From the NCBI GenBank assembly GCA_944387545.1, contig CALXFE010000005.1, forward strand, positions 12,803-76,802: 64,000 nt of DNA, read 5' to 3'. Made by a program: the position numbers and the translations under genes. The stretch comes from an uncultured Clostridia bacterium (GTDB taxonomy: Bacteria > Bacillota > Clostridia > TANB77 > CAG-508). Each line of letters begins with the position of its first letter. Within the stretch, counting starts at the first letter, position 1. This document shows, in pieces, positions 1 through 8,187 of this stretch. Under the pieces are notes generated by a model. It ran no database searches, was not told the DNA's origin, and was given only the letters and a program-made list of their open reading frames with translations.

Positions 1-622
1 TTGCAATTGTATTTAATTCTAATATCGGTTCCGTGAATTTTTTACTAATAAAGGATACCACTACTGCTGATATTAAAATTGTAAACCCTGCAATTAAATA
101 TAAAAAGTTATTGGATATTTTTACACTTTCCTCTATTGATGAAACGGGTATCCTTATGTATAATAGATATCCATTATCTAATTTTGCAGATAGTAAAATA
201 TAAGATATGCCTGTTTTATTGTCTTTCAATTTTCTAATAATAAATTTTTCATTTTCTTCTATTAATTCTCCTATATTTATAATATTTGTCATTTGGTTCA
301 TCTCACCAAAAGTTGATAGAAAATCTTTGTTGGATGTAAATATATTTATATTATCATCATCTTTTATTAAGATATCAAAATTATTTTTCACAGCCAATTT
401 TTCTAGTTCTGCATTGATGTCTATATTTGATGGATTATTATAATAATCATTAATTCGTGAATATACTTCTTTTAAATCTTTCGTTTTACTATATAAATAA
501 AATTGTCCAAATACTAAGTTATTAATCAATATTAAAAATACAATTAATAAAATGATAATAAGTGATACCATTAAAAATAATTTAACTCTTACAGATTTTA
601 ACGCATTTTTTATTTTTTCCAT
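1..622 (-). CDS. Sensor histidine kinase, N-terminal part (TM-extracellular-TM-start of HAMP); runs off the window edge
   Basis: Not in the ORF track because it is open-ended. Manual translation from ATG 622 (RBS AGGATGG): MEKIKNA...two hydrophobic segments...SKKFTEPILELNTIA. Lies directly downstream of an OmpR-family regulator. Confidence 0.85.
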   Translation of the reverse strand, partial: MEKIKNALKSVRVKLFLMVSLIIILLIVFLILINNLVFGQFYLYSKTKDLKEVYSRINDYYNNPSNIDINAELEKLAVKNNFDILIKDDDNINIFTSNKDFLSTFGEMNQMTNIINIGELIEENEKFIIRKLKDNKTGISYILLSAKLDNGYLLYIRIPVSSIEESVKISNNFLYLIAGFTILISAVVVSFISKKFTEPILELNTIA

Positions 623-648
623 TTTTAATTACCATCCTTAGATAAATA

Positions 649-1326
649 CTACTTTACCTCAAATTTGTATCCTACACCTCTCATTGTTTGAATATATTTT
701 CCCTTTTTGCCTAATTTATGTCTTATTTTCTTTATATGACTATCAATTGTTCTTGAATCACCATAATAATCATAGTTCCATACATTATTCAATATTTTAT
801 CTCTTGATAAAGCTATATTTTCGTTATCCACTAAATATGTTAAAAGTTCATATTCTCTTAGACTCAATTCTATTGGCTTTCCATCAACTTTTACTGTTCT
901 TCCTTCTTTATCAATTTCTATTCCACCATAATCTTTCACTTCTTTTTCATCTTTACTTGTTCTTTTTAAGATGGCTTCTACACGAGCTACTAAGATTTTA
1001 GGACTAAACGGTTTTGAAATATATTCATCCACACCTAGTTCAAATCCAAATAGTTCATCTTGCTCTTCTCCCCTTGCTGTTAACATGATGATTGGTACTT
1101 TAGATTCTTGTCTAATCTGTCTTAACACTGACCATCCATCTAATTTAGGCATCATAACATCTAACAAAATAAGGCTAATTTTATTTTTATTTTCTTCAAA
1201 CACTTCTAATCCTTTTTCACCATCTTCTGCCTCTAAAATACTATATCCTTTTGCCGCCAAAAAATCTTTTATTAATTTTCTCATCCTTTGTTCATCATCT
1301 ACGACTAAAATACAGTTGTTAAGCAT
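649..1326 (-). CDS. OmpR/PhoB-family response regulator
   Basis: Receiver motifs ILVVDDE, LLDVMMP, MLTA and KPF; winged-helix C-terminus ending TMRGVGYKF. ATG 1326 follows AGGAG (ORF track starts at GTG 1335). Confidence 0.95.
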   Translation of the reverse strand: MLNNCILVVDDEQRMRKLIKDFLAAKGYSILEAEDGEKGLEVFEENKNKISLILLDVMMPKLDGWSVLRQIRQESKVPIIMLTARGEEQDELFGFELGVDEYISKPFSPKILVARVEAILKRTSKDEKEVKDYGGIEIDKEGRTVKVDGKPIELSLREYELLTYLVDNENIALSRDKILNNVWNYDYYGDSRTIDSHIKKIRHKLGKKGKYIQTMRGVGYKFEVK

Positions 1327-1492
1327 ATATATCACTCCTATTATTTATTATTTTTATTATATATTATACATGGGTTTTATGTCTATATTGTGAAAAGAAT
1401 TTATTTATTTTTCAAAAAAGCGCTACAATTCAAACTATATCTTATTTTTTCATAGATTCAAACATAAGATATATCCTCTGGATAATAACAAA

Positions 1493-1518
1493 AACTACAC
1501 TAATAGAATAGTGTAGTT
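1493..1518 (-). terminator. Intrinsic terminator after the mscS-family gene
   Basis: AACTACACTA-N6-TAGTGTAGTT inverted repeat followed by a T-tract on the minus strand. Confidence 0.75.
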
Positions 1519-1527
1519 ATCGTTTAT

Positions 1528-2592
1528 TTAATTTTTTACATATACTGTTTTTGTGTCATATGCCAATTCAATGTTTTCTTCTTTTAATATTTTCATTATT
1601 TTCATATTGATATCTTCTACTTCTTTTAAATAGCTTGCATAACTTACTGAATTTGTATATGTATATATTAATACATTGATTCCATTATCTGTTATTTGAT
1701 CAAATCTTACAATAATGGAATCATCATAAACACTTTCTCTTTCTTGTAACATTTTTTCAATACTTGTTTTCAATAATTCTAGTTTTTCTAATGGTGTATC
1801 CAATTCTACACACAAATTAGTTTTATATCTTCTTTTTTCCATTTTGCTCCAGTTAGTCACAGATGCATCTGCTATCTTTGCATTCGGAACATTAACTAAG
1901 GCATTTTCAAAAGTTCTTATTCTAGTTGTTCTAAATGTAATGTCTTCAATTGTCCCTTCATAATTATCCATTTCAATCCAATCGCCAACAGCAAATGGTT
2001 TATCAAGAAATATCACAAGTCCTCCAAATAAATTTTTAGCAGTATCTTGCGCAGCAAGTGTTACGATGACACCACCTAATCCTAAACCTGCAATTAATCC
2101 TGTTAGGTTAATTTCTAATATATTTAATACAAAAAATATAGCAACAATATATATAAGGACTCTTATCACTTTTAGCATAAATTCAAATACAGTATCATCC
2201 ATTTTTTGGCTTAAACTTTTTTTCAATTTTTTTCCGACAACTGTCTTTGATGTAAAACTATTGGCTAGTCCATATGCAATTTCTAATACACTGATTATTT
2301 TAAAAGCTTTTGTGACAATATCCATTACATAATCATGAATTTGTAAAGGCTCTTTCAAAAATACAATTGCTAAATAAATACCTAAAATGATAAAAAATAT
2401 CTTTAGCGGTTTGAAAAAAGCACTTTCCTTTATGTCTCTTGCTTTTTTACTTTTTATTTTAAATAGTCTAATAATCATATATGAAAATGTACCACTCAAT
2501 ACTCTAAATACGATAATAATTCCAATAGCTATTAAAATATCCACAATTTGTATAGATGTCAATCTTTCCCAAAATCCAACTAATTGTTCCAT
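1528..2592 (-). CDS. mscS: MscS-family mechanosensitive channel protein
   Basis: TM helices then LAAQDTAKNLFGG, KPFAVGDWI, GTIEDITFRTTRIRT and VPN motifs. ATG 2592 follows GGGGAAAG. Confidence 0.88.
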   Translation of the reverse strand: MEQLVGFWERLTSIQIVDILIAIGIIIVFRVLSGTFSYMIIRLFKIKSKKARDIKESAFFKPLKIFFIILGIYLAIVFLKEPLQIHDYVMDIVTKAFKIISVLEIAYGLANSFTSKTVVGKKLKKSLSQKMDDTVFEFMLKVIRVLIYIVAIFFVLNILEINLTGLIAGLGLGGVIVTLAAQDTAKNLFGGLVIFLDKPFAVGDWIEMDNYEGTIEDITFRTTRIRTFENALVNVPNAKIADASVTNWSKMEKRRYKTNLCVELDTPLEKLELLKTSIEKMLQERESVYDDSIIVRFDQITDNGINVLIYTYTNSVSYASYLKEVEDINMKIMKILKEENIELAYDTKTVYVKN

Positions 2593-2628
2593 ACTTTCCC
2601 CCAATATTAAAATTCATTATTTTTCAAT

Positions 2629-3861
2629 CTATCCCATGTAATCTCTAAGCTTCTTACTCCTACTTGGATGTCTTAATTTTCTTAATGCTTTTGCTTCTAT
2701 TTGTCTAATTCTCTCTCTGGTTACTTGAAATTCTCTTCCTACCTCTTCTAGCGTTCTTGATTTTCCATCTTCTAAACCAAATCTTAATTTTAAGACTTTT
2801 GCTTCTCTTGGCGTTAAGGTATTCATAACCTCTTCTAACTGTTCTCTAAGCATTGTATATGCTGCTGAATCTTGTGGCGCTGGAGAATCATCATCTTGTA
2901 TAAAATCTCCCAAATGGCTATCATCTTCTTCTCCTATAGGTGTCTCCAAAGATACTGGATCTTGCGCAATTTTTTGTATTTCGATTACTTTTTCAACTGG
3001 AATTTCCATTTCAGTTGCAATTTCTTCAGGGGTTGGTTCTCTTCCCAATTGTTGTAATAGATGTCTAGATGTTCTAATCAATTTATTAATCGTTTCTACC
3101 ATGTGAACTGGAATTCTAATTGTTCTAGCTTGGTCTGCAATAGCTCTTGTTATCGCTTGTCTAATCCACCATGTTGCATACGTACTAAATTTAAATCCTT
3201 TTGTATAATCAAATTTTTCAACTGCTTTAATTAATCCCATATTTCCTTCTTGGATTAAATCTAGAAATAGCATACCTCTTCCCACATATTTTTTGGCAAT
3301 ACTGACTACCAATCTTAAGTTAGATTCTGCTAGTTTTTGTTTTGCTTCTTCATCTCCTTGCAAAACTTTTTTAGCTAAATCTAGTTCTTCATCATATGTT
3401 AATAATGGAATTCTTCCTATTTCTCTTAGATACATTCTGACAGGATCATCAACATTAATTCCTTCATAACTGGTATCTGTGATTTCATCTAGTTTTAAAT
3501 CTTCTACTTCTTTTAAATCCTCAATATCTGGTTCTTCATCCATATCATCTTGCAATAAATCCACACCTAATTCTTCAAAAGCATCAAAAACTTTATCTAT
3601 TTGGTCTGGGTTCACATCATCTAATTCAGATGCCAAATCTCCATAGGTAATTTTTCCTTTTTCTTTGGCTTTTTTAAGTATATTATTTACTTTTTCTTGT
3701 TTTAATTTTTTTGTTTCCTCTGTTTCTTCTACTTCTTTTCCTTTTCTTGATTGTTCTGCTTCTTCTGATTTTTGATGTGCTTTTTTTCTTACTTTTTCAA
3801 TTTTTTCTTTCATTTCTTCTTGTTTTAACGCTTCATTTTTCTTTTCTTGCTTACTTGCCAT
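2629..3861 (-). CDS. rpoD: Primary sigma factor RpoD/SigA
   Basis: [43 protein letters not shown], region-4 [19 protein letters not shown]; downstream of dnaG. Confidence 0.98.
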   Translation of the reverse strand: MASKQEKKNEALKQEEMKEKIEKVRKKAHQKSEEAEQSRKGKEVEETEETKKLKQEKVNNILKKAKEKGKITYGDLASELDDVNPDQIDKVFDAFEELGVDLLQDDMDEEPDIEDLKEVEDLKLDEITDTSYEGINVDDPVRMYLREIGRIPLLTYDEELDLAKKVLQGDEEAKQKLAESNLRLVVSIAKKYVGRGMLFLDLIQEGNMGLIKAVEKFDYTKGFKFSTYATWWIRQAITRAIADQARTIRIPVHMVETINKLIRTSRHLLQQLGREPTPEEIATEMEIPVEKVIEIQKIAQDPVSLETPIGEEDDSHLGDFIQDDDSPAPQDSAAYTMLREQLEEVMNTLTPREAKVLKLRFGLEDGKSRTLEEVGREFQVTRERIRQIEAKALRKLRHPSRSKKLRDYMG

Positions 3862-3948
3862 CTATAAATCTCCTCCCTTTATTACAATATACATTAAGTT
3901 TGAAAAATTTTATATTTGTTTTTTGTAGATAAATAAAACATATATTTT

Positions 3949-5742
3949 TTATTTAATTTTAGCTAACTTGATAATGATATCATTTAGCTCTTTTTCTAAT
4001 TCTTTCTTTTTGTTTTCTTCTATTTGTCCTTCTAATAATTCTAGAATTTCAAATTTTCTTTCATTTAATTTTTCTTTTTCGTAACTTTGTATAATATCAT
4101 CTATTGCTTTTTCTATATCATCGATTCCATAATCTTCTGCCATTATCATGGTAATATGATTTTGTTCTTCTTCTGTTAAATTATCAATAATACTATTTAT
4201 ATTACTATTACTATTTCCATTTTCAAATTCTTCATACAATTTTCTAGCAATCTTGTTATCTATATCATATTTAAAGTCCTCTACTTTAATGTTTTGTTTT
4301 ATAATTTGATATATATTCATGTCTCCTGAAAGTAAAATGGCTAGAATCGTGTTTTCTCTTCGCTTAATCGCCTCAGAAACATTATTTTGATTTGTTTTCT
4401 CTAGATGTTTTATCACTGGCTTTGCCTTATTCAATATTTTTTCATCCGTATTTTCTTTATATGTCAATTTATTTACTTCTGCATAAATAGCTTCTTTTGA
4501 AACATCGTATTCTTTTGCTATTTTTTCTATATAAACTTCTCTTTCCATACTGTTATCAACTTTTGAAATTATTTTTGCAATTTCATTTAAGAATTTTATT
4601 TTATCATTTGTACTTTCTAAGTTCAAAGATTGTCTTAATATTTTGACTTTAAATTCAATAACCGAAATAGCTTTATCCACTAAATTTTGAAATCTTGCGT
4701 TTCCATATTTAATCACATATTCATCAGGATCTTTTGCACCTTCCATTTGTAAGACTCGAATATCACATCCCATATTTTGTAATATTTCCATTGCTCTTAC
4801 TTTCGCAGTTTGTCCAGCTTCATCTGAGTCATAACTAAGAATAATTTGTTCTGTATTGTTTCTTAATAAATATCCTTGTTGCTGTGTTAGTGCGGTTCCT
4901 AATGAAGCAACCACATTATGAATATCTCTTTGATGTAGAGAAACCACATCCATATAACCTTCTACAATCAGTAATCTTTTTTTGATATCATACTTTTTGG
5001 CAACATTTAACCCATATAAATGTCTACCTTTACTATATACAATATTTTCTGGCGAATTAATATACTTTGGTTTTGAATCATCTAGAACTCTTCCACCAAA
5101 AGCAATCACTCTACCTCTTACATCACATATAGGAAACATTAATCGATTTCTATATCTATCAATATATTGTCCTCTTTCATTTTTATTTACTAAGCCAGAC
5201 TCTAAAATTTCCCTATCTTCAAATCCCTGTTTTTTTAATTCTCTATACAATTCATCAAATTTTCCTGAAAATCCAATTTGAAAAGATTTTAATGTTTCAT
5301 TAGATAATTTTCTTTTTTTTATGTATTCTTGAGCCATTTTAGACTCTGGTTTATACAAATTTTCATGATAATATTTTGATGTAAATTCATTTACCTTATA
5401 CACCTTTGCTTTTAATGCTTCTTTTGCTGAATCTACATTATTTTCCAATGTCGGCAATTGTATATTGGCTCTTTCTGCCAAAATTTGTACAGCTTCCACA
5501 AAATTGATTCCTTCAATTTTGGTTAAAAAAGTAAATACATTTCCGCCCACACCACAACCGAAACAATGAAATATTTGTTTTTCTGGAGATACTGAAAAGG
5601 ATGGTGATTTTTCATTATGAAATGGGCATAAACCAAAATAATTCCTGCCACTTCTCTTTAGTCTGACATATTGTGATATCACATCTACAATATCATTTGA
5701 TTGTCTCACTTCATCAATGATTTCATCACTATATCTTGCCAC
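3949..5742 (-). CDS. dnaG: DNA primase
   Basis: Zinc-binding CPFH..CFGC, RYRNRLMFPI, KYINSPE, TOPRIM VEGYMDV and YDSDEAG. GTG 5742 follows AGGAGG. Confidence 0.98.
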   Translation of the reverse strand: MARYSDEIIDEVRQSNDIVDVISQYVRLKRSGRNYFGLCPFHNEKSPSFSVSPEKQIFHCFGCGVGGNVFTFLTKIEGINFVEAVQILAERANIQLPTLENNVDSAKEALKAKVYKVNEFTSKYYHENLYKPESKMAQEYIKKRKLSNETLKSFQIGFSGKFDELYRELKKQGFEDREILESGLVNKNERGQYIDRYRNRLMFPICDVRGRVIAFGGRVLDDSKPKYINSPENIVYSKGRHLYGLNVAKKYDIKKRLLIVEGYMDVVSLHQRDIHNVVASLGTALTQQQGYLLRNNTEQIILSYDSDEAGQTAKVRAMEILQNMGCDIRVLQMEGAKDPDEYVIKYGNARFQNLVDKAISVIEFKVKILRQSLNLESTNDKIKFLNEIAKIISKVDNSMEREVYIEKIAKEYDVSKEAIYAEVNKLTYKENTDEKILNKAKPVIKHLEKTNQNNVSEAIKRRENTILAILLSGDMNIYQIIKQNIKVEDFKYDIDNKIARKLYEEFENGNSNSNINSIIDNLTEEEQNHITMIMAEDYGIDDIEKAIDDIIQSYEKEKLNERKFEILELLEGQIEENKKKELEKELNDIIIKLAKIK

Positions 5743-5845
5743 TTTTTTACCTCCTCTCCTAAAATATTTCATATAACTATACATAATTATATTATTCGAC
5801 GTATTTTACATAAATCCTTCTCTTTGTTTAAAAAAATGTCCATTG

Positions 5846-5885
5846 GGGACGTGCCAAATTGGTCAAAATTTGACCAAAAGGGACA
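5846..5885 (+). repeat. GGGAC palindromic repeat, type I, copy A
   Basis: GGGACGTGCCAAATTGGTCAAAATTTGACCAAAAGGGACA; 35/40 identical to 18595-18634 (reverse complement). Confidence 0.85.
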
Positions 5886-5957
5886 GACCTACCAAAAAAG
5901 CTATGATAAAGGACATTATATTTCTTAATTTATAAAATAACGAATGTAAATAAATTT

Positions 5958-6041
5958 CTATAAAAAATTCAAACTATCAAATAGGAAAATCTTAACCTTG
6001 CGATTTCATAATTCTATCTGATAGTTTGAATCTTTCTATAG
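5958..6041 (-). other. Long stem-loop (candidate structured RNA or terminator)
   Basis: 18-bp arms at 5967-5984 and 6014-6031; the single mismatch is a G.U pair on the minus strand. Extendable to about 27 bp. Confidence 0.5.
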
Positions 6042-6098
6042 GATAATCTTATCTAAAAAATACTATACCTTTCTTATAATAGCTTTCATCATTCAATT

Positions 6099-6134
6099 CC
6101 TTTTGGACAAAAAATGTCCACTTTGGCACGTCCC
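6099..6134 (-). repeat. GGGAC palindromic repeat, type I, copy B
   Basis: Reverse complement GGGACGTGCCAAAGTGGACATTTTTTGTCCAAAAGG; begins in the TAG stop of the upstream gene. Confidence 0.85.
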
Positions 6135-6799
6135 TAAAGTTCATTCATCAGTGCGATTTTATTATCCATTTTATTAACAATTTTTGCATAATTGACTAAT
6201 TCTTTTGATGTTTTCTTATTAATTTCCTTGTCTGTTTTATATTTGATTTTATGTTCTAAACTAGCCCAAAAATCCATGGCCATTGTTCTTATCTGTATTT
6301 CTACTTTTACATATATGATTTGCTTTGATAACGTAATCGGCACCTTTACAATCATATGATAACTAGAATACCCACTTTCTTTTGGGTGATTTACATAGTC
6401 TTTTTCTTTTTCAATGTAGATACCTGGTATTTCTTTAACTAAAGTTCTGATTTTAAATATATCATCTTTTAATTGGCATACAATTCTAACACCAGCTATA
6501 TCATTGATGTTTTCTATCATTTCTTTATATGTAAGTTTATATCCTTTTTTCCTCATTTTGTTAATAATACTGTCTGGTTCTTTTATCCTTGTATTGATAT
6601 GGTCAATTAAGTCATAGTTATAAAATACTTTAAATTCTTTTTGTAATATATTTATCTTTGTTTCCAGTTCGGTAATGGCCATATCATAAATGGTCATGAT
6701 TTTTTCAAATGTATTTGTCTTTTCTTCTATTTTTTCATCATAGCTTAAAAAGTTTTTCATTTCTACAATTCCTAATTCTTTTCCTTTGTCTTTTTTCAT
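6134..6799 (-). CDS. Small alarmone synthetase (RelA/SpoT synthetase domain only; RelP/RelQ-like GTP pyrophosphokinase)
   Basis: RIKEPDSI, DIAGVRI, KESGYSSYH and VEIQIRTMAMDFWASLEHKIKYK motifs. Confidence 0.92.
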   Translation of the reverse strand: MKKDKGKELGIVEMKNFLSYDEKIEEKTNTFEKIMTIYDMAITELETKINILQKEFKVFYNYDLIDHINTRIKEPDSIINKMRKKGYKLTYKEMIENINDIAGVRIVCQLKDDIFKIRTLVKEIPGIYIEKEKDYVNHPKESGYSSYHMIVKVPITLSKQIIYVKVEIQIRTMAMDFWASLEHKIKYKTDKEINKKTSKELVNYAKIVNKMDNKIALMNEL

Positions 6800-6927
6800 A
6801 TCACATCACAACTCCTCATAGGATATTTATATTTGTTCCTATTTAGTATATGCATATCCTATCTCATAATTGTTTCTAAAAAATATTTATATTGTGTTTT
6901 TTTGATGAACTTGTAAAATAGTAAAAA

Positions 6928-6950
6928 ATAAAAGCCAAATTGGCTTTTAT
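6928..6950 (-). terminator. Intrinsic terminator
   Basis: ATAAAAGCC-AAATT-GGCTTTTAT overlapping the stop of the 409-aa ORF, followed by a T-tract on the minus strand. Confidence 0.7.
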
Positions 6951-8176
6951 CTATCCATATCTCCTTTAATTTCTGCTTTTTTTACTTTAGGAATTTCTTC
7001 CTTTGGAGCAATTTTTGTATTTTTAATCATTTGTATATGTTTCTCTTTTTGCAATCTTTTTTCTAATGAATTATTTATGGCAATTAAACTCTTTTTTCTT
7101 TCCTGTTCGCTCATTTCTCCTAATGTTTTTACTAATCCAGAATTTATACATTCTTGTATAATATCTATGTCTATATCTTTCCCCTCAATAATATTATCCT
7201 TTTTCTTTCCTTTAGACTCATATATAGATTCACTCTCTTCTCCTTTGGCTATTCTTAAAGTTTTTGTCATTTCTTTTTCACTTATATCCGGATTATATTT
7301 TTGTATATATTTTATTAAAACTTTAGATTGCTCCTCGTCTATTTCTCCTATATATTTCATAAATGTACTATCAGGTTGTCCCTCATCTTTTGCTTTTTTA
7401 TGTATTTCTTTTATCATTCTATCAAGAAATCTTTCTTTAACCTCTTTTAAATCAAAATGATTTGCTTCTCCTTCTTTTAATATATCCGCATATTCTTCTT
7501 CTATTTTTTCTGGCATTTTTACTCTTATCATTTCATGAATCGGTACCAATTGTTCCATTGGATATAAATCCAGACCTCCATTTGTCTTATGATACATGAA
7601 AGCAAGATTTCTAGCAACAATTTTATATAATTCTTCGTTGATTTTATCTGTTCTATTAGAAAGACCAATAATTTTTTTTATTCTTTCAACAAATTCGCTT
7701 TGTTGTTCTAGATTTTTCATTGTGCCATATGTCATGTTTAATTCTCTACAAATAGCATCTTCTTTTTTCTCATGATCCTTTAATGTTTTTATAATTGCCA
7801 ATCTATCTTCATCTGATATTTCCGCATTTTCTAAAATCCCCATTGCTGTTTTATCTGATGATTGTTTTGCCAAATCTACCGCTACTTCATCAGAAATTCC
7901 TTCTGAATCAGCTGCTTGTACAGCTGATCCAACTAATATATCTGAAGATATTTCCTCTGCCTTTCTTAATTCTTCTATAATTGCTCTTCTTCTTTCGTTT
8001 GAAGCTTTACTTAATAATATTATAATTTTCTTAATGATTTCTTCATCATTAATTTCTACATTCTCATCTTGAATTGGCTCAATAACTTCTTCTTTAACAA
8101 CTTCTTCTGGTGTCTTTTCTTTTCTCTTTCCAAGAAACTCTTCTTGAAATCTTTTTCCGAAATCTTTTAATCTCAT
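6947..8176 (-). CDS. Hypothetical protein, 409 aa, highly charged and helical
   Basis: Long ORF with RBS AGGAGAG, 11 nt downstream of the adhE stop; no motif recognised. Confidence 0.8.
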   Translation of the reverse strand: MRLKDFGKRFQEEFLGKRKEKTPEEVVKEEVIEPIQDENVEINDEEIIKKIIILLSKASNERRRAIIEELRKAEEISSDILVGSAVQAADSEGISDEVAVDLAKQSSDKTAMGILENAEISDEDRLAIIKTLKDHEKKEDAICRELNMTYGTMKNLEQQSEFVERIKKIIGLSNRTDKINEELYKIVARNLAFMYHKTNGGLDLYPMEQLVPIHEMIRVKMPEKIEEEYADILKEGEANHFDLKEVKERFLDRMIKEIHKKAKDEGQPDSTFMKYIGEIDEEQSKVLIKYIQKYNPDISEKEMTKTLRIAKGEESESIYESKGKKKDNIIEGKDIDIDIIQECINSGLVKTLGEMSEQERKKSLIAINNSLEKRLQKEKHIQMIKNTKIAPKEEIPKVKKAEIKGDMDR

Positions 8177-8187
8177 TTATCTCTCTC

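Noticed and set aside
5845-6136. Tn3-family MITE defined by GGGG-initiated inverted ends
   Set aside because: Only one end has GGGG, no 5-bp target duplication is evident, and the same units occur singly and in other arrangements; kept as a repeat family instead.
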